Of a DNA stretch of 64,000 nucleotides, positions 44,892 through 53,994 are shown in pieces. This DNA is from Solirubrobacterales bacterium (GTDB taxonomy: Bacteria; Actinomycetota; Thermoleophilia; Solirubrobacterales; 70-9). The position numbers were made by a program, and so were the translations under genes. The stretch is taken from assembly GCA_035708105.1 (NCBI GenBank), contig DASSTG010000007.1, positions 31,838 through 95,837 on the forward strand, read 5' to 3'. Each line of letters begins with the position of its first letter. The first letter of the stretch is position 1. The notes under the pieces were generated by a model that saw only the letters and a program-made list of their open reading frames with translations, was not told the DNA's origin and did no database searches.

Positions 44892-45812
44892 TCAGTAGAC
44901 CAGCGCCACGGCGAGGTAGTAGCCGACGACGACGGTGAAGAAGACGGCGTCGAGGCGGTCGAGGAGGCCGCCGTGGGGGCCGAAGATCGTGCCGGTGTCC
45001 TTGGTGCCGAGGTCGCGCTTCAGCATCGACTCGAAGAGGTCGCCGACCGGGGCGGCGGCGGCAACCGCGGCGCCGATCGCGAGCGCGTCGATCCCCGAGA
45101 GCCAGTCCTGGTAGAGGCCGGCGAACCAGAAGCCCATGGTGCCGATCAGGAAACCGCCGATCAGCCCCTCGAGCGTCTTGTTCGGCGAGAGGTTGGGGGT
45201 GATCCGGTGACTGCCGAACATGCGGCCGGTGGCGTAGGCGGCGGTGTCGGCGACGAAGGTGCCGACGAGGACGTCGATCAGGAGCGCCGCCCCATGCGCG
45301 GGCAGGTCGCGGAGCAGCACCGCGTGGGCGAGCGGGACGCCGATCCAGAGGACCGCCAGCAGCGTCACTCCCATCGAGACCGTGGCCCCGTTCTGGTGCT
45401 GGGGCCTGGCGACGAAGGCGAAGATCAGCGGGAACGAGGCGGCGAGAACATAGAGGATGTTGAAGGCGGTGCCGAAGTGGGCGGCGAGGACCAAGGCCGC
45501 CACGGTGAGATAGGCGGGCAGGATCAGCGGCCGGTAACGGTCGGCGATCGCGCCGAACTCGCGCATGGCGACTATCCCGATCGCCACCATCGCCAGCGCG
45601 AAGACGATCCCCCCGGCCACGGTGATCGCGATCGCAAAGGCAATCCAGGGCAGCGCCACGAGGATCCGCTTGGCGGTCTCCCCGCGCCCGCCGCCGCGTT
45701 TCCTGGGACGCGACCGGCGGGGTTGACTCCGCCGCGACTGCGGCGCCTCGTCGAACATCTCCGCGTCGAAGAGGTCGGCCCGCACCCGCTCCTCGCGCCC
45801 CTCCTCGCTCAC
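44892..45812 (-). CDS. cdsA: Phosphatidate cytidylyltransferase
   Basis: Polytopic membrane protein with the CdsA C-terminal signature SMLKRDLGTKDTGTIFGPHGGLLDRLD. The ATG overlaps the uppS stop (ATGA). Basic N-terminal tail. Confidence 0.88.
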   Translation of the reverse strand: MSEEGREERVRADLFDAEMFDEAPQSRRSQPRRSRPRKRGGGRGETAKRILVALPWIAFAIAITVAGGIVFALAMVAIGIVAMREFGAIADRYRPLILPAYLTVAALVLAAHFGTAFNILYVLAASFPLIFAFVARPQHQNGATVSMGVTLLAVLWIGVPLAHAVLLRDLPAHGAALLIDVLVGTFVADTAAYATGRMFGSHRITPNLSPNKTLEGLIGGFLIGTMGFWFAGLYQDWLSGIDALAIGAAVAAAAPVGDLFESMLKRDLGTKDTGTIFGPHGGLLDRLDAVFFTVVVGYYLAVALVY

Positions 45813-46477
45813 GCCCGGCTCCCGAAGCGCCGCTGGCGCGTCTCATACTCGCGCAGGCAGGCTTCCAGCGCGGCGCGATCGAAGTCGGGCCAGAGCTCGT
45901 CGCGGAAGACCAGCTCGGAATAGGCGCACTGCCAGAGCAGGTAGTTGGAGAGCCTCTGCTCGCCGCTGGTGCGGATCAGGAGGTCGGGATCGTGCATCTC
46001 GGGCGCATAGAGGTGGCGGCGGAACTCATCTTCGGAGTCTCCCCGGAAGCTTCGCGCCGCGTCGAGGATCTCCGCCCTGCCGCCGTAGTTGAAGGCGACG
46101 AAGAGGGTGATGCGCTCGTTCACGGCGGTCTCCCCTTCAGACCACTCCATCCGTTCCACCAGCGCCGGGTCGAGCCCCTCCCGCCGGCCGATGTAGCGCA
46201 TTCGCACGCCTTCCTCCTTCAGCTCCGGGGTTTCCGAGCCGATCCGTTCGCCCATCATCGCCATCAACCCGCGGACCTCCTCCGCCGGGCGGCTCCAGTT
46301 CTCGGTCGAGAAGGAATAGACCGTCAGCTCCTCGATCCCGAGCTCGGCGGCGTCCCGCAGCCGCGCCTTCAGCGTGTCGGCTCCCGCCCGGTGCCCCTCG
46401 ACCACCGGCAGGTCCCGCTGGTTTGCCCAGCGGCCGTTGCCGTCGGTGATGATCGCTACGTATTTGGGAGCGGTCAC
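45809..46477 (-). CDS. uppS: Isoprenyl (undecaprenyl) diphosphate synthase, cis-prenyltransferase
   Basis: VAIITDGNGRWA, TVYSFSTENW.RP and IRTSGEQRLSN.LLWQ.AYSE. Confidence 0.95.
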   Translation of the reverse strand: MTAPKYVAIITDGNGRWANQRDLPVVEGHRAGADTLKARLRDAAELGIEELTVYSFSTENWSRPAEEVRGLMAMMGERIGSETPELKEEGVRMRYIGRREGLDPALVERMEWSEGETAVNERITLFVAFNYGGRAEILDAARSFRGDSEDEFRRHLYAPEMHDPDLLIRTSGEQRLSNYLLWQCAYSELVFRDELWPDFDRAALEACLREYETRQRRFGSRA

Positions 46478-46492
46478 TCTCGGGTGGCCGCC

Positions 46493-47056
46493 TCAGACCT
46501 CGAGGATCTCGGCTTCCTTGCCTTTGAGAAGAGCGTCGATCTCGGCGATCGCGTCATCCGTCTGCTTCTGCAGCGTCGCCTCGGCCCGCCGCTCGTCGTC
46601 CTCGCCGGCTTCGCCTTCCTTCTTCAGGTCGCGCAGGTCGCTCATGATGTCGCGGCGGACGTTGCGGATCGCCACCCGGCCCTCCTCGGCGACCCCGTGC
46701 ACCACCTTGACCATCTCGCGGCGCCGCTCCTCGGTCATCTCCGGAATCTGCAGCCGGATCAGGTTGCCGTCGTTGCTCGGCGTCAGGCCGATGTCGGACT
46801 CCTGGATCGCCTTCTCGATCGCCCCGAGGGCGCTCTTGTCGAACGGCGTCACGGTCAGCAGCCGGGCGTCGCCGGCGGCGACGTTGGCGAGCTGCTTCAG
46901 CGGCGTCGGGTTGCCGTAGTACTCGACCGTGATCCGGTCCAGCAGGTGCGGCGATGCCCGGCCGGTGCGCACGGTGGCCAGCTCGCCACGGCTCGACTCG
47001 ACCGATTTGGTCATCCGCTCCTTGGCGTCGGCCAGCAGTTCGTCGATCAGCTCCAC
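46493..47056 (-). CDS. frr: Ribosome recycling factor
   Basis: 187 aa. RTGRASPHLLD...V.YYG..TPL.Q.A, IRLQIPEMTEERR and IRNVRRD. Confidence 0.97.
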   Translation of the reverse strand: MELIDELLADAKERMTKSVESSRGELATVRTGRASPHLLDRITVEYYGNPTPLKQLANVAAGDARLLTVTPFDKSALGAIEKAIQESDIGLTPSNDGNLIRLQIPEMTEERRREMVKVVHGVAEEGRVAIRNVRRDIMSDLRDLKKEGEAGEDDERRAEATLQKQTDDAIAEIDALLKGKEAEILEV

Positions 47057-47071
47057 CGGTGTCCCGTCCTC

Positions 47072-47812
47072 CTAAGCGGCGGGTTCGCTGGAGACCAGCG
47101 TCCCCACCTTTTCGCCGGAAACGATCCTATCTATGTTGCGCTCGTCGCCCATGTTGAAGACGTAGATCGGCAGATCGTTGTCCATGCAGAGGGAGAGGGC
47201 GGTCGAGTCCATCACCCGCAGCCCCCGCTCGATCGCCTCCCTGTGGCTGATCGCGGGGATGAACTCGGCTTCGGGATTGGTCGCCGGGTCGGAGTCGAAG
47301 ACGCCTTCGACCCCGTTCTTCGCCATCAGGATCGCCTCTGCGTGGATCTCCAGCGCCCGCAGCGCCGCCGCGGTGTCGGTGGTGAAGAACGGGTTGCCGG
47401 TGCCGGCGGCGAAGATCACCACCCGGTCCTTCTCGAGGTGGCGCATGGCACGGCGGCGGATGTAGGGCTCGGCCACCTCCTGGACGTCGATCGCCGACAT
47501 CACGCGGGTGTGCTGGTCGTGGCGCTCGAGCGCGTCCTGAAGGGTGAGCGCGTTGAGGACCGTCGCCAGCATCCCCATGTAGTCGCCGGTGGCGCGGTCC
47601 ATCCCGCTCGCCGCGCCGTCGAGGCCGCGGTAGATGTTGCCGGCGCCGACGACGATCGCGATCTCGACCCCGCGCTCGCGGACCGCCGCCACCTGCTTGG
47701 CGATCCGGTCGACCTCGGCGGCGTCGGTGCCGAAGCTCTGGCTGCCCATCAGGGCCTCGCCGGAGAGCTTCAGCAGGACGCGCCCGAAGCGCGGCTCGGC
47801 GGAGTCGGTCAC
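47072..47812 (-). CDS. pyrH: UMP kinase
   Basis: GTG at 47812 ([23 protein letters not shown]). [27 protein letters not shown]. Confidence 0.95.
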   Translation of the reverse strand: MTDSAEPRFGRVLLKLSGEALMGSQSFGTDAAEVDRIAKQVAAVRERGVEIAIVVGAGNIYRGLDGAASGMDRATGDYMGMLATVLNALTLQDALERHDQHTRVMSAIDVQEVAEPYIRRRAMRHLEKDRVVIFAAGTGNPFFTTDTAAALRALEIHAEAILMAKNGVEGVFDSDPATNPEAEFIPAISHREAIERGLRVMDSTALSLCMDNDLPIYVFNMGDERNIDRIVSGEKVGTLVSSEPAA

Positions 47813-47823
47813 TGCGCGGGAGC

Positions 47824-48426
47824 TTATTCCCCGACGCGGAAGTAGGCGAAGCGGGCGATCTGGACGTTCTCGCCGGTTTTCGCCGCCAGCTCCTGCCGCA
47901 GCTCCTCGATCGTCTTGCCCTCGTGCTTCTCGGTGTTGACGTGGGTCTGGTCGAGCAGCGCGACTTCGCTCGCCCACTTGCTCAGCTGCCCCTCGACGAT
48001 CTTCTCGACCACGTTGTCGGGCTTGCCTTCTTCCCGCGCCTTCTCTTCGAAGACCTTCTTTTCGGCCTCGCGCTCCTCGGCCGGGATTTCCTCGGTGGTC
48101 ACGTACTGCGGCGCCGTCGCCGCCGCGTGCAGGGCAACCTGGTAGGCGAAGACACGGAACTCCTCGTTGCGGGCGACGAAGTCGGTCTCGCACTGGACTT
48201 CGACCATCGCCCCGACCTTGTCGTTGGCGTGGATGTAGGAGGCGACGACGCCCTCGTCGGTGCCGCGGCCTTCGCGCTTGGCGGCGGAGGCCTGCCCCTT
48301 CACCCGCAGCAGCTCGACCGCCCGCTCGACGTCGCCGTCGGCCTCGACCAGCGCCGATTTGGCGTCCATCATCGCCGCCCCGGTCCGGTCCCGGAGCGCT
48401 TTCACGTCAGCAGCAGTAACGCTCAT
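47824..48426 (-). CDS. tsf: Elongation factor Ts (short form)
   Basis: N-terminal UBA-like [27 protein letters not shown]...LR.KG. 200 aa. The ATG overlaps the rpsB stop (ATGA). Confidence 0.95.
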   Translation of the reverse strand: MSVTAADVKALRDRTGAAMMDAKSALVEADGDVERAVELLRVKGQASAAKREGRGTDEGVVASYIHANDKVGAMVEVQCETDFVARNEEFRVFAYQVALHAAATAPQYVTTEEIPAEEREAEKKVFEEKAREEGKPDNVVEKIVEGQLSKWASEVALLDQTHVNTEKHEGKTIEELRQELAAKTGENVQIARFAYFRVGE

Positions 48427-49556
48427 TGAGCCTCCTCCCCACTCTCAGCTTGCTCCTCAGCCGGCGCCTCGGCCGCCGGAGCTTTCTCCTCAGCGGCCGG
48501 AGCCGCTGCACTCTCGGCGGCCTCCTCGGACGGCCCCTCGTCTGCCGCAGCGGCGTCTGCCGCGGGTGGCGACGATTCCGAGGACTCTCCCGGTAGGGAG
48601 AGCCCGGAATCGGAGACAGGACCCGCGGCTGCGGTGGCCTGTCCTTTATCGGAGACAGGACCCGCGGGCCGCGGCGCCTGTGCCTGTGCCTGTGCGGCCT
48701 GAGCTTTCTGCGCCTCGGCCGCCGCTTTCTGTTTCGCAGCCGCTTCGGCGGCCTGTTTGGCCTCCTCCGCTTCGACCCGCGCTTTCTCCTCTTCCTCCCG
48801 TTTGCGCCGCTCTTCTTCCTCCCGTTTGCGCCGCTCCATCTCTTCGGCGATCCGTTTCTCCTCCTGGACGCGCCAGGAGGAGGCGCCCTCCTCGATCGCG
48901 GCGCCGATCGTGCCGATCACCAGCTCGCAGGAGCGGATCGCGTCGTCGTTGCCGGGGATCACGTAGTCGACCGGCGTCGGGTCGCAGTTGGTGTCGACCA
49001 GGCCGATGATCGGGATCCGCAGCCGTGCCGCCTCGTTGACCGCGATCTCCTCGGTTTTCAGGTCGGCGACGAAGACGGCGTCGGGCAGTCGGTCCATGTC
49101 GCGGACCCCGCCGAGGTTGAACTCGAGCTTGGCGAGTTCGGCCTCCATCCCCATCCGCTCCTTGGTCGGCAGGAGGTCGAGTTTCCCCTCCTCTTTCCAG
49201 CCGTTGAGCTCGTGGAGGCGGGCGATCCGGCCCGACATCGTGTCGAAGTTGGTCAGCAGCCCGCCCAGCCAGCGCTTGTTGACGTAGGGCATCTTGCAGC
49301 GGTCGGCCCATTCCTGGATCGTGTCGCGGGCCTGCTTCTTGGTGCCGACGAAGAGCACGGTGCCGCCGCCGGTCGCCAGCTCACCGGCGAATTTGCGGGC
49401 GTTCTCCAGCAGCGCCTCGGTCTGCAGCAGGTCGATGATGTGGATCCCGTCCATCTCGCCGAAGATGAACCGGCGCATGTTCGGGTTCCAGCGACGCGTC
49501 TGGTGGCCGAAGTGGACCCCGGCCTCGAGCAGATCTCTGAGTTCTGCCTGTGCCAT
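48423..49556 (-). CDS. rpsB: 30S ribosomal protein S2 with ~150-aa low-complexity C-terminal extension
   Basis: Core LLEAGVHFGHQTRRWNP.M..FI, VLFVGTKKQA, YVN.RWLGG.LTN and IPIIGLVDTN.DP. After about residue 228 comes an E/K/R-rich then A/Q/P/E-rich tail. AAGGAG before the ATG. Confidence 0.97.
   Translation of the reverse strand: MAQAELRDLLEAGVHFGHQTRRWNPNMRRFIFGEMDGIHIIDLLQTEALLENARKFAGELATGGGTVLFVGTKKQARDTIQEWADRCKMPYVNKRWLGGLLTNFDTMSGRIARLHELNGWKEEGKLDLLPTKERMGMEAELAKLEFNLGGVRDMDRLPDAVFVADLKTEEIAVNEAARLRIPIIGLVDTNCDPTPVDYVIPGNDDAIRSCELVIGTIGAAIEEGASSWRVQEEKRIAEEMERRKREEEERRKREEEEKARVEAEEAKQAAEAAAKQKAAAEAQKAQAAQAQAQAPRPAGPVSDKGQATAAAGPVSDSGLSLPGESSESSPPAADAAAADEGPSEEAAESAAAPAAEEKAPAAEAPAEEQAESGEEAQ
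48791..48836. repeat. 24-nt period tandem duplication inside the rpsB tail
   Basis: CTTCCTCCCGTTTGCGCCGCTC occurs at 48791-48812 and 48815-48836 and encodes ERRKREEE twice. A second pair, ATCGGAGACAGGACCCGCGG, occurs at 48609-48628 and 48648-48667 and encodes AGPVSD twice. Confidence 0.75.
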
Positions 49557-49680
49557 CTGATTCTCCTTAGGTTGATGAAGCGCCCCGCTCCGCTCGCCGG
49601 GACCTGGCCATGGCCAGGCAGGATCCGGTCCGCTGTCGGCGGGGGTCGATTTCCGAAGGCCCGATTGTAGAGCGGGAGCG

Positions 49681-50361
49681 CTACTCGGCGTGCGCCGCCT
49701 CCAGCGCCGCCACGAGGTCCGGCGGGAGACGCGAGGCGAACTCCAGCGGCTCCCCCGTGCGGGGGTGGCGGAAAGCGAGGCGGTGGGCGTGGAGAAACTG
49801 CCGCGTGAGGCCGTAGCGCTCGGCGCCGCCGTAGGTGGTGTCGCCGGTCAGCGGGTGGCCGATCGCGGCGAAGTGGGCTCGGATCTGGTGCGTACGGCCG
49901 GTCTCCAGGCGCGCCTCCAGGTAGGTCTCGCGCGACAGCAGCTCCAGCACCTCGAAGTGGGTCCGCGCCTCCCGCGAGGCGGCGCCGGAGACGGCCATCC
50001 GCTGCCGGTTGCGCGCCGCGCGGCCGATCGGGGCGTCGATCGTGCCGGTGCGCGAGCGCAGCCGCCCCCCGGCCAGCGCCAGGTAGACCCGCTCGACCTC
50101 GCGGCGGCGCACGGCCTCCTGCAGCGCCGCGTGGGTCTCGTCGTCGCGGGCGACGACGAGCAGGCCGCTGGTCCCCTTGTCGAGGCGGTGGACGATGCCG
50201 GGCCGCTCCGGGTCCTCCCCGCCGCCGAGGATCTCCGCCAGCTCCTCGACCAGGGTCGGACCGCTGTGCGATGGCGCCGGGTGGACGACCAGCCCCGCCG
50301 GCTTGTCGATCACGGCCAGTGAGTCGTCGCGGTGGACGATCCGCAGCTGCGGCTCAGGCAT
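49681..50361 (-). CDS. rluD: RluA-family pseudouridine synthase (RluD-like catalytic domain, no S4 domain)
   Basis: KPAGLVVHP, catalytic HRLDKGTSGLLVVA and THQIRAH. At 226 aa it lacks the usual N-terminal S4 module. Confidence 0.9.
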   Translation of the reverse strand: MPEPQLRIVHRDDSLAVIDKPAGLVVHPAPSHSGPTLVEELAEILGGGEDPERPGIVHRLDKGTSGLLVVARDDETHAALQEAVRRREVERVYLALAGGRLRSRTGTIDAPIGRAARNRQRMAVSGAASREARTHFEVLELLSRETYLEARLETGRTHQIRAHFAAIGHPLTGDTTYGGAERYGLTRQFLHAHRLAFRHPRTGEPLEFASRLPPDLVAALEAAHAE

Positions 50362-50860
50362 CGGAGTCCTTCGCCGTGGCGGCGCCCGCCCGCTTGCTCC
50401 CCTCCTCGCGCTCGGCCTCGCGCAGGTAGATGAAGACGAGCAGGAGCACGCCGAGCGTGATCGCCGTATCGGCGAGGTTGAAGGGCGGCCAGGAACCGAC
50501 GGCGATGAAGTCGGTGACGGCGTCGGCGCGGACCCGGTCGGCGAGGTTGCCGAGCGCGCCGCCGGCGACGAGCCCGACCGCGACCCACATCCCGGGCCGC
50601 AGCGGGTTGCGGGCGAAGAGGTAGCCGATCACGCCGAGGGCGGCGACCGTCACCAGGACCAGCTTGACCCCGGCGCCGCCGGCGAGGCCGAAGGCGACGC
50701 CGCTGTTGTGGGAGAGCGTCAGTTCCAGCGGGCCCAGGACCTCGACGAACTCGCCGGGGACCAGGTGGTCTTCCACCACCGCCTTGGCGACCTGGTCGGC
50801 CGCCAGGACCAGTCCGCAGAGCCCGGCGGCGAGGCCCCAGGCGCGCGCCTTGGCGCTCAT
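50354..50860 (-). CDS. lspA: Lipoprotein signal peptidase (signal peptidase II)
   Basis: ATG at 50860. NSGVAFG, GGALGNLADR and FNLAD with four TM segments. Overlaps rluD by 8 nt. Confidence 0.9.
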   Translation of the reverse strand: MSAKARAWGLAAGLCGLVLAADQVAKAVVEDHLVPGEFVEVLGPLELTLSHNSGVAFGLAGGAGVKLVLVTVAALGVIGYLFARNPLRPGMWVAVGLVAGGALGNLADRVRADAVTDFIAVGSWPPFNLADTAITLGVLLLVFIYLREAEREEGSKRAGAATAKDSDA

Positions 50861-51159
50861 TCGAGCAGGGCCCGAACGATGATCCCGTCGATGAGGAAGA
50901 GGACGATGATCGCCAGCATCGGGCTGAGGTCGATGCTCAGCTGGCCGCCCCCGATCGGGCGCATGATCCGGCGGAAGATGTTCAGGTAGGGATCGGTGGT
51001 TTCGTGGACGAAGTCGACGACAGCCTTCAGCCAGGGCCGATAGGGCATTCGCGGCACGAAGGAGAGGACGATGTTGGCGAAGATGAGGATGAAGTAGACG
51101 ACGAAGAGGGCCTGGACGTAGTCGGCGACGTCGCCTCGGTTGATCGCCAGCGGGATCAT
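50857..51159 (-). CDS. yggT: YggT family membrane protein
   Basis: 100 aa. ...LSFVP......PW......V...T.PYL..FRR..P..G..DLSP... pattern. Start and stop overlap the neighbours (ATGA at both ends). Confidence 0.85.
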   Translation of the reverse strand: MIPLAINRGDVADYVQALFVVYFILIFANIVLSFVPRMPYRPWLKAVVDFVHETTDPYLNIFRRIMRPIGGGQLSIDLSPMLAIIVLFLIDGIIVRALLE

Positions 51160-51896
51160 CGCCGCATCCGCTCCAGCGAGGCCCCGACGGCTGCCGCGAA
51201 CGCCCGCCGCGCACCTTCACGCTCGAGCGCCTCCAGCCCGGCTTCGGTGCTGCCGCCGGGCGAGGTGACCGCCTCGCGGACCTCGGCGGGATCGCGGCGC
51301 TGCAGCAGCTCGGCGGTGCCGGCGGCGGTCTCGACGACCAGCTCGCGGGCCAGCTCCGGGTCGAGACCGGCCTCAGCGCCCGCGTCGGCGAGCGCCTCGA
51401 CCGCCAGCGCCAGGTAGGCCGGCGCGCACCCCATGATCGCCGTCGCAGCGTCGAAGTCCTCGTCGGGAATCTCGACCACATGGCCGAGCAGGCCCAGCTT
51501 CTCCCGCGCCTCGGGGCCGGCAGAGCCGGCGACGCAGAAGACTCCCCGGCGGACCTCGGCGCCGACGTTCGGCATTACCCGGAGGACATGGTCGGCGCCT
51601 GGGAGCGCCGCCTCCAGCCGCTCCAGCGAGACCACGGCAAGGACCGAAAAGACCTGTTTCGCCTCGGCGAGCTGAGCGGCGACGTCATCCAGCACCCCCG
51701 GCTTCACCGCGAGGACGACCAGGTCCGCCCGCCGCGCAATCTCCTCGTTCGAAGCGACCTCACCCCCCAGCTCTTCAGCAAGCGCCTTCGCCCTCCCCGA
51801 CCCGCCATCGGAGAAAAGCATCCCCTCGAACTCCCCGCGCCACCCCCGCGCAATTGCGGCGGCCATATTCCCGGACCCGACGAACCCAACGATCAT
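51156..51896 (-). CDS. proC: Pyrroline-5-carboxylate reductase
   Basis: N-terminal GFVGSGNMAAAI. AVKP, MPN and the C-terminal VTSPGGSTEAGL signature. Confidence 0.9.
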   Translation of the reverse strand: MIVGFVGSGNMAAAIARGWRGEFEGMLFSDGGSGRAKALAEELGGEVASNEEIARRADLVVLAVKPGVLDDVAAQLAEAKQVFSVLAVVSLERLEAALPGADHVLRVMPNVGAEVRRGVFCVAGSAGPEAREKLGLLGHVVEIPDEDFDAATAIMGCAPAYLALAVEALADAGAEAGLDPELARELVVETAAGTAELLQRRDPAEVREAVTSPGGSTEAGLEALEREGARRAFAAAVGASLERMRR

Positions 51897-51942
51897 TGCC
51901 AGGAATCTAACCGCGTGTGGCAGGTGAGCGCGCCAGAGCCAC

Positions 51943-52500
51943 CTAAGACTGGTTAAAAAACCCCTTGTCGATCAGCCTCGCCTTTTCCTCGGCAGAGACC
52001 TCGACGTTGCGCGGCGTCAGCAGGAACATCTTCTCGGCGATCCGCTGCATGCCCCCGTCCAGGGCGTAGGTGAGCCCGGAGCAGAAGTCGATCATCCGCT
52101 TCGAGAGCTCGTGGTCGGCGGTCTGCAGGTTGAGGATCACCGGGACCGAGCGTTTGAACTGGTCGGCGACCTGCTGGGCGTCGTTGAAGTTGCGCGGGAT
52201 CACCAGGTGGACCTGGATGTCGCTGCCGCCGTTGTCGACCGGGCGCAGCGTGCGGGTGCGGCCGCCGCCGATCGGTTCGTCGTCGCCGAAGATGTCGTCG
52301 ATCTCGTCGCGGCGGGAGCGGCGCGAGGTCGGCAGGCGGCGCACCGAGGAGCCGCCTTCGCCGCGTTCGCGGCGGCCCTCGAAGACTTCCTCGGTCCCGG
52401 TCTCGGGCTCGAAGTCTTCCTCGTATTCGGGACCGTAGTCGTGGTCCTCGGCCAGTCCAAAATAGACCAGCGCTCTATGCCAAGTGTCCCTCAGGGCCAT
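51943..52500 (-). CDS. sepF: Cell division protein SepF
   Basis: N-terminal membrane-targeting helix MALRDTWHRALVYFGL. Disordered linker. C-terminal SepF core PRNFNDAQQVADQFKRSVPVILNL......RMIDF.SG..YALDG....I....FLLTP. Confidence 0.92.
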   Translation of the reverse strand: MALRDTWHRALVYFGLAEDHDYGPEYEEDFEPETGTEEVFEGRRERGEGGSSVRRLPTSRRSRRDEIDDIFGDDEPIGGGRTRTLRPVDNGGSDIQVHLVIPRNFNDAQQVADQFKRSVPVILNLQTADHELSKRMIDFCSGLTYALDGGMQRIAEKMFLLTPRNVEVSAEEKARLIDKGFFNQS

Positions 52501-52567
52501 CTGTCTCGGGTGTTTCGGCCTCCGGTGGCCGACTCCTTTACAGATTATTCCCAGATTTCGCGCGAAA

Positions 52568-53200
52568 TCACGCGAAGAGGCCGTGACCCAGGCGGATGAT
52601 CGTCGCCCCCTCCTCGACCGCGACCCGCCAGTCCTGCGAGGTGCCGATCGAGAGCTGCGCGAGTCCGTTGGCGGCAGCCAGCTCGGCGAGGCGGGCGAAA
52701 TAGGGCCGCGAGCGCTCCGGGTCCTCGCTGAACGGGGGCATCGTCATCAGGCCGGAGACGCGAACGGGGCAGCGCTCGACGAAGGCAGGCAGCTCGGCCG
52801 CCTCGACCCCGCCCTTTCCCTCCTCGCCGGAGACGTTGACCTCGACCAGGACCTCGGTTTCCGGGGTGCCGTGCTTCTCCAGCTGGGCGAGGACGGAGTC
52901 GGTGGCGACCGAGTGGACCAGGCGGACCAGCGGCAGCACCTGTTTCACCTTGCGGCTCTGCAAGTTGCCGATGAAGTCCCACTCGAAGGCATCGCCCCAG
53001 CGCTCGTGCTTGGCAGCGAGGTCCTGCAGGCGGTTCTCCCCGACCAGGCGAACCCCCGCCTCGGCCAGCTTGCCCATCTCCTCCAGCGGCACGTACTTGG
53101 TGGCGACCAGCAGCTCGACCCGATCTCCCGTGACCGCTCGCACCTCCTCCAGCTTCGCCGCCACCCGGACGGCGTCGATGTCGTGGATCAGCTCCGCCAT
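52568..53200 (-). CDS. yggS: YggS-family pyridoxal phosphate homeostasis protein
   Basis: LLVATKYVP (PLP lysine), GENR.Q, WDFIGNLQSRK and MTMPP. 210 aa. Confidence 0.9.
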   Translation of the reverse strand: MAELIHDIDAVRVAAKLEEVRAVTGDRVELLVATKYVPLEEMGKLAEAGVRLVGENRLQDLAAKHERWGDAFEWDFIGNLQSRKVKQVLPLVRLVHSVATDSVLAQLEKHGTPETEVLVEVNVSGEEGKGGVEAAELPAFVERCPVRVSGLMTMPPFSEDPERSRPYFARLAELAAANGLAQLSIGTSQDWRVAVEEGATIIRLGHGLFA

Positions 53201-53964
53201 CAGTCCTCGAGCCAGGCGATTCCCGCCTGGCGGCCGGTGCGCCCCCGGTCGCGGCGGTGGGAGAAGAAGAGCTCCTTCTCGCAGCTGGTGCAGAGCCCGG
53301 CCGACTGCACTTCCTCGACGCCCGCGCTCGCCAGCTGCCGCCGGGCCACCTCGGGCAGGTCGAGCATCCGGCCCGAGGCGACCCCGTCCCCCAGTTCCGC
53401 GAACGCCTCGAGGACCTCCTCGCCCACTTCGTAGCAGCAGGGGCCGATTCCCGGGCCGATTGCCGCCCTCGTCGCTTCCACCGCCTTCGCGGCGGCGCCG
53501 AGGATGCCGCCGGCGAGCGGCCGCCAGCCGGCGTGCACCATCGCCACGCCCTTCGGCCCATGCAACGCGACCGGCAGGCAGTCGGCCACGAAAACAAGGG
53601 GCGCCAGCCCCGGCTGCCGCACCAGGTGCCCGTCAGCCTCCGGCAGCGAGTTCCGTGGTTCCTTTTGCACGTATTTGGTGCCGAAGGAACCACGGAACTC
53701 GTCTGGGCCTTCGTCGTGGTCGATCAAGCGGGTGCCGTGCACCTGGAGGGCGAAGGCGACCTGCTCGGGCTCGTGCCCCAGTGCACTCGCCAGGCGCCGG
53801 CGGTTCTCCTGCACGGCTTCGGGGTCGTCGCCGGTGAGGATGCCGAGGTTGAGGGAGCCGAAGGGGGGCTCGCTGCCACCGCCGAGCCGGGTCGAGAAGG
53901 CCGCCCGGGCACCGCCGAGGTCGGCTTGCAGCCACCGTACGCCGTCGCGCTCGCGCCAATCCAT
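53200..53964 (-). CDS. pgeF: Peptidoglycan editing factor PgeF (YfiH/laccase-domain protein)
   Basis: FSTR.GG.S..P..SLNLG, Q.HG, ADC.PV, HAGWRP and the C-terminal CTSC....FFSHRRD. Confidence 0.88.
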   Translation of the reverse strand: MDWRERDGVRWLQADLGGARAAFSTRLGGGSEPPFGSLNLGILTGDDPEAVQENRRRLASALGHEPEQVAFALQVHGTRLIDHDEGPDEFRGSFGTKYVQKEPRNSLPEADGHLVRQPGLAPLVFVADCLPVALHGPKGVAMVHAGWRPLAGGILGAAAKAVEATRAAIGPGIGPCCYEVGEEVLEAFAELGDGVASGRMLDLPEVARRQLASAGVEEVQSAGLCTSCEKELFFSHRRDRGRTGRQAGIAWLED

Positions 53965-53994
53965 CGCCGAAACGAAAGCAGACGCCGACCGCTT

